Source: Kiritimatiellia bacterium (GTDB lineage Bacteria; Verrucomicrobiota; Kiritimatiellia; JAAZAB01). From it: a stretch of DNA of 64,000 nt. Below the pieces are notes generated by a model that was not told the DNA's origin, did not search any database, and saw only the letters and a list, made by a program, of their open reading frames with translations. Positions within the stretch are counted from its first letter, which is position 1, and every line of letters starts with the position of its first letter. The stretch is taken from assembly GCA_040767085.1 (NCBI GenBank), contig JAXGPF010000003.1:32001-96000 (forward strand). Reading direction: 5' to 3'. A program made the position numbers and the translations under genes. Shown one piece after another: positions 47,740 through 56,903 of this stretch.

Positions 47740-48476
47740 CAGTTCCCTCCCATCAATCGCTGTGCATTGCCCCAAAACACTTTTTTCCGGTCGCGCCGCG
47801 CCGGCATAACGGCGCGCACGCGCGCAATGAACGCGCGCGGTTCGTAGCCGTCAAAATCCGTGCCGAAGAGCACCCGGTCAACCCCCATGGTTTTGACCGC
47901 CCGTTCCAGCGCGCCTAGAAACAATCCGCCATGCAGGCCGGCGATATCCAGCCAGAGATTGGGCCGGCCGGCCATGATATCCAGCGCGGGCTGGTCGGGA
48001 ATATGAGCCGCTACAATCCGGCAGCCCGGCAGCTGCCGGGCCAACTCCAGGATGTCGGGGTGATAATGCAGGTGCAATACCTGGCCATACTCCGCGCATT
48101 TTTCCGCCAGCCGCAAAAAGGCCGCGTCGGAATATGGGCGCTCCATGCTGCGCCGCGGTACCAGCTCGCCCACCCATTTCAGGCCTTGCCGGTGAAATTT
48201 TTCCAACCAGGCCGCCGAAATCCCGGCAAAATCCGGATGGATGACGGCGCCCGGATAAAGCAATCCGGGATGCCGGGCCGCCAGGCGCAAGGCCGCGCGA
48301 TTGGCCTGGTCAAGATCCTCGGCCGACTTGGCGAACACGCCTTGCCAGGTATTGAAAATCGCCCGGCCAACGCCGGCGTTGCGCAAATAGGCCAAGGCCG
48401 CGCCGGCCGTCCGGAAAAACGACTGGTGGCCCGGCCAGCCGGGACTGGGCAGGTGGACATGGACATCAAAGATCAT
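47739..48476 (-). CDS. amidohydrolase family protein
   Basis: MIFDVHVH, GEL, VAAH, RVLFGTD, GNA.RL motifs. ATGA overlap with the upstream gene. Confidence 0.85.
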   Translation of the reverse strand: MIFDVHVHLPSPGWPGHQSFFRTAGAALAYLRNAGVGRAIFNTWQGVFAKSAEDLDQANRAALRLAARHPGLLYPGAVIHPDFAGISAAWLEKFHRQGLKWVGELVPRRSMERPYSDAAFLRLAEKCAEYGQVLHLHYHPDILELARQLPGCRIVAAHIPDQPALDIMAGRPNLWLDIAGLHGGLFLGALERAVKTMGVDRVLFGTDFDGYEPRAFIARVRAVMPARRDRKKVFWGNAQRLMGGN

Positions 48477-49744
48477 GTGTTGGCCCAATATCCATCGCGG
48501 CGCCCTTGCCAATAAGCCCAAAGCCAGTTGGCCACGGCATCGCCGCTGAAAAAACGCGTCTTGTAACGCAGTTCCGGCGACCAGCGTTCGGGATCGTTCA
48601 TGTAGGTGAAATCGGGGATATCCTGCGCGGCCAGCGCCTTTTTGGCAATGGCAATCGCGGATTGCGGATCGTCCAGATGTCTGGCAGCCTGGACGCCCGC
48701 CCGGGCGATCATGCTGCCCCAGCCGGACGATGCGCCGGTAATCCTGGGGCCGGCGCCCCAGCGCGCAACCGGCCGCCGCGCCGCGCCGGTATCCATATCC
48801 ACCAGCACCTCGATGTAATACGTTCCATCCTCCCCGATGGACAGGCGCCCTTCCTCCCACATCGTCCGCACTGATTCGCGCCAGCAGCCGGCCCAGCTAT
48901 TCTGCGGATCATGGCGCAGCAGGTAATCCAACTCCATGATATCCATGGTGGCCGCGTCGGCCAGGTGGGCAATCAGCCAGGCATGCTGTTCCCGCTCGTA
49001 ATCCGAGGTTTTGGCGGCGCCGCTGCGCTTGCGCAATAACCGCGATTCACCGGGTTGGCGGTTGACGCCTTCCGCCAGCAGACGCCGATACTCATCCTGG
49101 AATTTTGCATCGCCGGAATGTTTATACGCCAGGAGCAGGAGACTGGGGAATCGCGCCAGCGGCCAGAGCATGTCCGGATTATGGTAATAAAGATAGCGGT
49201 ATTTGCGCTTCACCCAGAAATCTATCATGCAGGAAATCATGCGCGCGATTTCAGCGCGCTCCGCCGCCGCGGCATGCGGCGCAAATGCGTCCAGCGCCAT
49301 CACCGCGTAAAGCACCTGGTCGGTGCTGGTCTGGTTGGAGAACCGGCCTCCGTAAATCTTCGGGAAAAACCCCTCCTCCAATTCCTCGCCCATTTCATAA
49401 ATATGGCGCAAGGCATGGAAACTGCGGCGCGCGCGCGCCAGGGCCGCAGCATCGCCGGTGACTGCATGCCGGCAGACCAGCGCCTGCAAATAGGCGCCGG
49501 TGGTCATCCCGCAATTTTCGTAATGCCAGAAATCCGCCGGCGCAACCCCGGGAACATATTTGTGCATATCCACCGCCGCATCAAAAGAGGACGCCGTCAA
49601 TGGCCTGGCCGTCTGCCTGTCGAGCGCGGTATAAACCACTCCGTGCGGATCAATGAAATGATCTTCCACCCAGTCCTCAACCGCCCGGGCGCGGCCGGCC
49701 AGCATGGCGTCGAGCTCGCTGTCATTTAACGTTTTTGCTGTCAT
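48473..49744 (-). CDS. hypothetical protein, gene Y copy 2
   Basis: Paralogue of 37489-38739 along its whole length. Confidence 0.72.
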   Translation of the reverse strand: MTAKTLNDSELDAMLAGRARAVEDWVEDHFIDPHGVVYTALDRQTARPLTASSFDAAVDMHKYVPGVAPADFWHYENCGMTTGAYLQALVCRHAVTGDAAALARARRSFHALRHIYEMGEELEEGFFPKIYGGRFSNQTSTDQVLYAVMALDAFAPHAAAAERAEIARMISCMIDFWVKRKYRYLYYHNPDMLWPLARFPSLLLLAYKHSGDAKFQDEYRRLLAEGVNRQPGESRLLRKRSGAAKTSDYEREQHAWLIAHLADAATMDIMELDYLLRHDPQNSWAGCWRESVRTMWEEGRLSIGEDGTYYIEVLVDMDTGAARRPVARWGAGPRITGASSGWGSMIARAGVQAARHLDDPQSAIAIAKKALAAQDIPDFTYMNDPERWSPELRYKTRFFSGDAVANWLWAYWQGRRDGYWANT

Positions 49745-49773
49745 ATTAACATCTTCGTATATCCGAGCCGGTT

Positions 49774-51819
49774 TTATTCCGCCGCCGCCGGCCAGGCCGC
49801 CAGCGATTTTTTAACCTGGTCCCGCACTGCCCCGGTCCAGGCGTCATGGCGTTCCGCGCACCGTTGCGGGCCGTGTTGATAATCCGTTGCGGCAATTTTC
49901 AAAATATCCCGATAGGCGCGATCCAGCGCCGCCGCCGCATCGTCGAACGATTGCGCGGCGGCCTGCAGTTGCCGGACACGCTCCGGCCGCGGCAAACCAT
50001 CCGCCATGCAAAGCCGGTGCAAGACTTGGAATTGAGCCAATGCCTGCAGGAATTTCTGAGCGTAAATGGTTTCCAGGCGGGCGCAGGCATCGCCGGATTG
50101 TTCGGCCAACGGCAAGGCCAGGGCGCAGACATCCAGCAGCCGCTGAATCTCCTCCGGCGCCGCCAGGCCGGCGGGCCAGGCCGCCGGAGCGTCTGCGCCG
50201 CATATTTTCGCCGCCGCCTGCACCCAGCCGCTTCCGGCGGTGTATGTTGCTTCCCGCAGGAAAGCTGTCGCCGGTTCCATCACTTGGAACCACTCCGCGA
50301 ATTGCGGCGGGGAAGCCACCTGGTTGCCAACGGCCCAGGCTTCGGCAAACTCCCGCGGACTGCGCCCCCCGGCATTCCAGGTCCATTCCGCCAGCGCCGC
50401 ATACTGGAAATTACCGAATTCCCGCTCCCACTCGCCGGATTTTTCCGGCGCGGCCACGGTCGGCCCGCGGCTCAGGCAATACAAGGCGCTGTAATTCGCG
50501 CCCAGGTATTTGTCCACGCTTTTTTTGATAGCGTCAATTTCGTATCGCAGCGTCCAGTATCCCGGGCCGACGCGCGGTCCGTCATAAGTCGCCAGCCAAT
50601 GCCCATCGGCGGCATATTTATCAAAAGCCGCGTTGGCGGTATAAACTTTTTCCGCCTTGATTTCCGGCGGCAGCATGGCCAGGCATTCCTTGCTGACCTG
50701 CACGCCTTCCTCTCCGCCGGAAAGGGTAAAAAATACGCGCCCCTGCAAATCAGGATATTTTTCCCGCGCGGCCAGGATCGCCGCCACGCTGGCCTGGGTT
50801 TCCTTCTGAAACTGGCGGGGGCCGTCCTTCATACATTCCGCGCACTCGCACTGGCAGGGCGCGCGCTCTGAAAGCCACAGGCTGACTTCCCGGGCGCCCT
50901 GCGCGGCGGCGCTTTCGATCCACTCCTTTGCAATGCGCTGCAGCAGCGGCGTCGCCATGCAGGGACAACGCGCTCGGGCGAAACTCCCACCCCACTTGTA
51001 ACATGGATTGCGCGCGCCATCGCCCTTGCCGGTCAATTCGGGATATAATTCATCCGCGCCGTACCGGAAAAGATAATCATAATGCGGCATGTGCGGCATC
51101 AGCAGGAAGGCGCGGCCGGCAGCCTCCCGGATCAAATCCATCGGCAGCGGCGGGCATTCCGCCGGGGCATCCTGCTTCAGGATCAGCCCCGTCGGCACAT
51201 GCGAAAAATTGAGTTTCAGCGACGCCATCCAGGGGATAAACCCCGGCGTTTTGATACTGGTGTTCCAGACGCCGCGCTGATCCATGTCCGGCCAATCGTA
51301 AATCTCCGCCAGCGGGATTTCCACGGCCGCGGAAGTCAACCGCGCGGTCAGCAGCCGGGTCAGCGTCTGGATTCCATAAAACACGCCCGGATTCGCCAGC
51401 CCGGCCACCGCCAGCGAATTGCTGCCAATCGGCCGGATCAGGTAAGCCTGCGCGGGATACCGCGCCTCCTTCAGTCGGTCGGCACCTGCCACAACTTGGC
51501 CGTTCAACCGTCCTTGTTCATCCAGCAGGCCGATCTGGATCACGAACTCCGTCCCGGTAGGCGCCTGCCCGCTCCGGGCCTGCCAGGCCGCGCGCAATTC
51601 GTTGACCGACTGCACGACCATGGCGGAGGCGTCCGGCGCCGCGGCCAGGCCGAGCTGGCCCGGCGCCAGGCGCACCGTCCCGGTAACAGCCATTTCCTGC
51701 GGCAGAGGAATGAGATAATCCGACCAGGCCCGGGTTTCCGAAGGTTCTGCCGCTGCCATGGCGGCGGCCGCCAGCAACATCAGGCCGGCAACAAATCCGG
51801 CATTATTACGCTCGTGCAT
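49774..51819 (-). CDS. secreted protein with GH20 N-terminal (zincin-like) domain
   Basis: Signal peptide, LIPLPQEM, AG...PGVFYGIQTL, I.DWPD...RG.W motifs; Cys-rich CQCECAEC. Confidence 0.65.
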   Translation of the reverse strand: MHERNNAGFVAGLMLLAAAAMAAAEPSETRAWSDYLIPLPQEMAVTGTVRLAPGQLGLAAAPDASAMVVQSVNELRAAWQARSGQAPTGTEFVIQIGLLDEQGRLNGQVVAGADRLKEARYPAQAYLIRPIGSNSLAVAGLANPGVFYGIQTLTRLLTARLTSAAVEIPLAEIYDWPDMDQRGVWNTSIKTPGFIPWMASLKLNFSHVPTGLILKQDAPAECPPLPMDLIREAAGRAFLLMPHMPHYDYLFRYGADELYPELTGKGDGARNPCYKWGGSFARARCPCMATPLLQRIAKEWIESAAAQGAREVSLWLSERAPCQCECAECMKDGPRQFQKETQASVAAILAAREKYPDLQGRVFFTLSGGEEGVQVSKECLAMLPPEIKAEKVYTANAAFDKYAADGHWLATYDGPRVGPGYWTLRYEIDAIKKSVDKYLGANYSALYCLSRGPTVAAPEKSGEWEREFGNFQYAALAEWTWNAGGRSPREFAEAWAVGNQVASPPQFAEWFQVMEPATAFLREATYTAGSGWVQAAAKICGADAPAAWPAGLAAPEEIQRLLDVCALALPLAEQSGDACARLETIYAQKFLQALAQFQVLHRLCMADGLPRPERVRQLQAAAQSFDDAAAALDRAYRDILKIAATDYQHGPQRCAERHDAWTGAVRDQVKKSLAAWPAAAE

Positions 51820-51849
51820 GGATGATCTTCCTTCGCGTTTGGATTCTCA

Positions 51850-53175
51850 TTATGGCAATTGAATAATGGTTGCCGCGGCAGCCTGCGCTGGCCGGAATTT
51901 TTCCAAGCGCGCCGTTTTGCCGCCGGCGGTGGCTGTCAAGGTGTAAGAATATTGGGATACGGCCGGGGTCTCGGATTCCGCCGACGCGGTCCGGATATAA
52001 TCGGTCAACAGGAGGACCCGGGGCATCCCGGGCGCGGGCGTCCGGCCCTGCGCATCGGTTTTCACCTTGCGTAACGGCGGCAGTCCGTCGCCTTCCTGCT
52101 CGGCCCGGCAGACCACTTCCGCGTTCGCTACCGGCCGGCCGGCGGCATCCTGCACCGCCACCACCGCTTGCCGGCGCACAATTACCTTGGGGAACTGCAC
52201 CTTTCCCGCCCGGTTGGTCCATGTCCGCTGCAAATCGCCCAGCCGCGGCTCATCCCATTCGCAATCCACCAGCACCACGCCTTGATCGGTATAAGTCAAC
52301 GACCAGTTGCGATCGTTGCCCTGGAAGACGCAGCCGGTCAACTCGGCATTCACGCCGCCGCGGTCCAGAACGGCTGTTCCGCAATTGATGAACTTGCAGC
52401 CGTAGAGTTTATGCACGCCGTCGGCCAGCGGAAATTCCACCCGTTCAAACACAGTGTCCCGGATGCTGTAATCTTTCAATTCCGGGGTCCGAACGGCCAT
52501 CCCCATGCCGTAAAGCATGCCCTTGACTCCCGCAATGCGGGCATTCTCCAGGACGGTTGAACCCATGTAAACACCGCGCACGTTGTCGCCGATCTCGCAT
52601 CCGGGCGCGGAGTCAACCGGCTCGATCCGGCTGTTGTAGGCGTATAATCCGCCGCCCCACTGGAGCAGGCCGGCATCCAGCCAGGGCAGTTTGCCGACAA
52701 ACAAGGTCCGGCGGTCGGCCGGCGTGCAGGCGAATTGCAGCGTGGCGCTTATAGATTTATTAGTTCGGTCGCCCAGGACCAGGGCGTTCATCCGCTTCGG
52801 CGCTTTCCAGTAAACATCGCCGTTTTCGCCCTGGATGAAATAGGGATGAACATAGAGATTGCCGCGCATGACCAGCCTTTCGCGCGGCCGGTCCGGCGAT
52901 CCGACCTGGAACACTGTTTCCGAGCCATCGTTGGCGCCGATGATCAGACCGCCCGTCAACGTGCAGGTCTGGGCGGCGGCATCGTAATCCACGCGGCCCC
53001 AGCCGCAGGCGCGATCCATTGCTGCCAGGCGCGCCGGCGTACACGGCAGGGATGCCGGATAGTCCACGACCACCATGGCATCGCGCGCAGCATCAATGTA
53101 AATTCCCGCACGCGCCGGCAGCACGGCCACGATTGCAATCGCAATCAACAGCAGGGTTTGGATTAATGCAGCCAA
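51850..53175 (-). CDS. hypothetical secreted protein, gene X (beta-helix-like core, C-terminal beta-sandwich)
   Basis: Signal-like N-terminus; V.DAAGRPVANAEV...TDA.G C-terminal motif. TTG start overlaps the upstream gene's stop region. Confidence 0.62.
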   Translation of the reverse strand: MAALIQTLLLIAIAIVAVLPARAGIYIDAARDAMVVVDYPASLPCTPARLAAMDRACGWGRVDYDAAAQTCTLTGGLIIGANDGSETVFQVGSPDRPRERLVMRGNLYVHPYFIQGENGDVYWKAPKRMNALVLGDRTNKSISATLQFACTPADRRTLFVGKLPWLDAGLLQWGGGLYAYNSRIEPVDSAPGCEIGDNVRGVYMGSTVLENARIAGVKGMLYGMGMAVRTPELKDYSIRDTVFERVEFPLADGVHKLYGCKFINCGTAVLDRGGVNAELTGCVFQGNDRNWSLTYTDQGVVLVDCEWDEPRLGDLQRTWTNRAGKVQFPKVIVRRQAVVAVQDAAGRPVANAEVVCRAEQEGDGLPPLRKVKTDAQGRTPAPGMPRVLLLTDYIRTASAESETPAVSQYSYTLTATAGGKTARLEKFRPAQAAAATIIQLP

Positions 53176-53461
53176 AACATCATCCCCCTTGGCACGTATT
53201 CATAACAACCGATGTCCGCCTGCCGCGAAAACCGGTCCAGCCGCTGGCGGCCTTCCGCATCCGCGGCGCCCGGTTCAGACATCCAGGGCAGGTTGGTCCC
53301 CGCATTGATACAGGGCGAGCCGTCGGCCAGTCGGAAATTCCCGCCCGGCCAGTCCGCAAACCCGGGGTCGTCAGTACGATTCCCCTGCTCCGTGGTAATT
53401 CGATCCGTGAACGGCACGGCACAGTGATAAAAATCGTTCGACGCCAACCATGTATAATTAT

Positions 53462-54995
53462 GGCTCCTAACCAGAATTTGTGGGTAAAAAACAGGTTTTA
53501 AAGTTTAAGAAGTTCTCCAAGCAATGGCGCCAAAAGATGGTGGAGTTATTAACAGCCTGCCGCTTTGGGCGTTTGGCGGCCCCGCAGCAGCCTGATTAAT
53601 AACTCCTGATTGGCGCGATGGCGGAACGGAGATAAAGCGGCGGCAAAAAAATAGGCTGGCCTTTCCGTAATCCATTGCGTATGCAATGGGTGAACACAAA
53701 AAAAGGAGGACCAGCCCAAGGTGAAACTTAAAACAATTTTGAATCGTTTGCAACCTTTGAAACGTTTTATTTATCAGGAAACTTGTATGGTTTTGGATCG
53801 TCGCGGCCAATGGAAAGTGGATATAAGCATTCGTCCGCATCGCCAACGCGCGGCATGCTGCTCGCGTTGCGGGCGACCGCTGGCGACATACGACACTCTG
53901 CCTGAACGGATATGGGCGTTTGTGCCCATTTTGAATGTGCCGGCTTTTTTGCATTATAGTCCGCGCCGGGTAAATTGCCCCGAACATGGCGTGGTGGTGG
54001 AAGCGCTGCCTTGGAGCGATGGCAAACGACCCTACAGCAAGGCGCTGATGCTTTTTTTGGGGAACTGGGCGCGGAGGTTGTCCTGGAAAGAGACGGCGCT
54101 GATTTTCAAAGTCAGTTGGCAGGCGGTTTATCGGTCGGTCGAGTGGATGGTGGAATGGGGCTTGGCGCACCGGGAATTGGCCAATATAACGGCGATTGGT
54201 GTTGATGAACTCCACGTAGGCAACGGTAAAAAGAGCAAGAACTATCTGACCTTGATCTATCAGATTGATGCGCAATGCCGCCGATTGCTCTGGGTCGGCC
54301 AAACCCGCCGGGCGGCCGCGCTGCGTAAAGGGTTGCAATCTTTGGGAAAACCCGTGCTGGCCGGCATTCGACATATATGTAGCGATATGTGGCGACCTTA
54401 TCTGAAAGTCATTGCTGCGAGCCTCAGCCACGGTTGCCACATGATTGACCGCTTCCATGTCGTGCAAACCTTGAATGCCGCCGTGGACGAGGTCCGGCGC
54501 CGGGATATGGCGGCGATGACAGCGCGTCCGGCGGCCAAGCAAAAACTCAAGAAAATGCGCTGGACCTTGCTGCGCCGCAAAACCCGCGTGCGCGGCAAAG
54601 CTCGCGAAATGCTTGATCGGATATTGGGCACAAGACTGCAAACCGGCCGCGCCTATTTGTTCAAGGAAAGCTTTCAGCATTTTTGGAGCTATCACAGCCC
54701 AACCTGGGCGCGTAATTATCTCCAGGCATGGGTCAAGCGCGCCTGTCGTAGCCGCATTGCGCCAATCATTAAGGCGGCTAAAACCATTGCTAAACACGAG
54801 GAGCTGCTTTTGAACTGGATCAGAGCCAGAAACGAGGTTTTTACTGGCGCAACCGAGGGCTTGAACAATAAAGCTCGAGTGGTTACCAAACGATCTTATG
54901 GCTTCAGAACTTTTCATGGCGCGGAAATGGCGCTATATCATACCCTTGGGCAATTGCCCGAACCGGTAATCACCCACAAATTCTGGTGAGGAAAC
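53462..54995 (+). mobile_element. ISL3-family insertion sequence (1534 bp)
   Basis: Same IRs and apparently the same sequence as 30520-32053. TSD ATAATTAT (53454-53461 / 54996-55003). Confidence 0.95.
53721..54989 (+). CDS. ISL3 family transposase (intact)
   Basis: 422 aa, identical to 30779-32047. Confidence 0.95.
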   Translation: MKLKTILNRLQPLKRFIYQETCMVLDRRGQWKVDISIRPHRQRAACCSRCGRPLATYDTLPERIWAFVPILNVPAFLHYSPRRVNCPEHGVVVEALPWSDGKRPYSKALMLFLGNWARRLSWKETALIFKVSWQAVYRSVEWMVEWGLAHRELANITAIGVDELHVGNGKKSKNYLTLIYQIDAQCRRLLWVGQTRRAAALRKGLQSLGKPVLAGIRHICSDMWRPYLKVIAASLSHGCHMIDRFHVVQTLNAAVDEVRRRDMAAMTARPAAKQKLKKMRWTLLRRKTRVRGKAREMLDRILGTRLQTGRAYLFKESFQHFWSYHSPTWARNYLQAWVKRACRSRIAPIIKAAKTIAKHEELLLNWIRARNEVFTGATEGLNNKARVVTKRSYGFRTFHGAEMALYHTLGQLPEPVITHKFW

Positions 54996-56433
54996 ATAAT
55001 TATAAACATTGCTGAATGTGCCGCTATCCACGCTGTTGAACCAGATAATATTATTATAGTTTTTAACGGTATAGGGATCGTTGTCGCGCAGCCACAGCCC
55101 GCCGCCGTCGGTCACCGCAGTATTGGACACGATTGTGCAACTTTCCACCATGGTGGTATAAGTGGTATTATTCCATTGATATTGATTAATACCGCCGCCG
55201 GTGGCGGCGGTATTGCGGGTCAGCAGGCATCCGCGGGCAAGTCCGCCATAGTATAAATATATTCCGCCGCCATCGGTGGCGGTATTTTCCTGGAGAATGC
55301 TGTTAAATATTTCTCCGATTCTCCCGATGTAAACGCCGCCGCCCCGGACGGCGGAATTCCCCCGCAATTCGCTGGCGGCAATGCGGCCGCCGTAATCATA
55401 ATAAGCGCCGCCGCCATAGTTGGTAACCGCCCGGTTGGCGATGAGTTCACTGTCCTGCACCAAGCCGCCATAATAAAAATATAGCCCGCCGCCATTATTG
55501 CTGGCCGCATTGCCGTTAAAAACGGCATTGCTGAACGCTCCCGAATAAGAGCAATACACGCCGCCGCCGGTATCACTGGCTTCGTTGCTGTTGATGGAGA
55601 CGCCGGCAAACTGGTAATAGTCAATTGCGTAAGACGCAGAACCTGAAATATAGACCCCGCCGCCTTTGCCTCCGGTCCGGTTGCCTTCAATGGCGCCGCC
55701 ATCCATCAGGATTCCCGGATTGACTTGGTGGTAAACATACACGCCGCCGCCGAAATTGGTGGCGGCATTGTCGCGAATGACGCAATCGCGAAGCGTCACC
55801 GTGCCGTATGTCAATCCGACGCCGGCGCCGTATAACGCGCTGTTCCCGACAAAGCGGCAATTTTCCACCAGGGAAGTTTTACCGGCGATCAACAACCCGC
55901 CGCCGTAACGATCCCAAGTAGTCGGACCCAGGGCGAAGCCGTTGGTGAACGTCAGCGCTTCCAGCAGAATTTGATCGCCATTGACGATCATGCAGCGGTT
56001 AGTGACCGGTTTGCCGGAATAGTTATTGGCGTCAATCACCACGTCATCCGCAACGCCGGATAAGCCGCGGATGGCTACATTGGTTTTATAAGTCGAAACC
56101 AGAATCTGTCCGTCAAGATGATACGTGCCATTGGAAATCAAAACCGTATCGCCGTAGCCGGCCTCGTCAATGGCATCCTGGATGTTCGTCGCGGCATCGT
56201 TCCAGTTGGTGTAAGGCGAAACATGCCCGCCCTGGCCGGGCTCCGCGACATAAATGGTGCGCGCCGCGGCCGGCGCGCATGCCGCCCAGATACAGGCCAT
56301 GATCGTCAATCCCAGACTGCCCACGGTTGATTTTTTTGATTGCAACTGCATTGTAGTCCTCCTTTATTGTGCACGGCGCCAGACCAACCCGGCCGCATGC
56401 AAGGCTATCCGAGACGCATGCCCCCCGATCTGC

Positions 56434-56510
56434 GGCTCACCACAGGTTCGCCCTCCATGAAATAATCCACCGTTAAAGGCCGTATTTGGAGGGCGAGGCT
56501 GTGCCGAGCC
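56434..56510. repeat. inverted pair of REP-like sequences
   Basis: ggctcaccacaggttcgccctcca ... tggagggcgaggctgtgccgagcc (imperfect inverted repeat). Confidence 0.7.
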
Positions 56511-56611
56511 TTTGGTTAGGTTAACGTAGGGGGTTGCATGAGTCTCATCCAATTATTTTTTACATCTTACATCTTCAAAGCACACCCTATACATCCTTCT
56601 TATTTCCGGTT

Positions 56612-56645
56612 AATTCCGGCGGGGCACGCGCCCCCCGCCGGAATT
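56612..56645. terminator. GC-rich hairpin, possible terminator
   Basis: aattccggcgggg-N8-ccccgccggaatt, a perfect 13-bp stem; no clear U-tract. Confidence 0.4.
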
Positions 56646-56653
56646 GGTGCCCC

Positions 56654-56848
56654 GCGTGGTGAATTCCGCTCCCCGAGCCTGTCGAGGGGTTTGAAAAAGC
56701 AAGGTAAGTTTGGGGTGGATGCGGGTGCACCGGTGGGCGGGGCTAATCTCAAGATTGCCCCGCTCCCGGTAAGCCCGCCCGAAGGGGCGCGCCGCGCGCC
56801 AGACGCCCCAAAATCGCCGCCGCCTTTTTCAAACGGAATTCACCACGC
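56654..56848. mobile_element. MITE-like element with nested REP-like insertions
   Basis: Terminal IR gcgtggtgaattccg[21-bp insert]tttgaaaaag versus ctttttcaaacggaattcaccacgc; internal hairpins. Confidence 0.55.
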
Positions 56849-56903
56849 ACTACAACGACATGATCACATCAACAAATTTGCCTTACACAAGCCTTGTCGA
56901 TCG

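Larger units (their letters stand above)
53163..56351 (-). pseudogene. secreted beta-helix / choice-of-anchor-Q-like gene (copy 3), disrupted by ISL3
   Basis: Removing the IS and one TSD restores one 548-aa frame: ...FSNVYNY|TWLASNDFYHC...INAGTNLPWM...DIGCYEYVPRGMMFWLH. Confidence 0.9.

Noticed and set aside
48477-48860. Long N-terminal extension of the amidohydrolase ORF
   Set aside because: Overlaps gene Y in another frame. The real start is MIFDVHVH at 48476 with an ATGA overlap.
16130-53447. Diversity-generating retroelement (similar 3' ends of the three beta-helix genes as TR/VR)
   Set aside because: No reverse transcriptase in the window. All copies are coding, and the differences inspected are largely third-position rather than adenine-specific.
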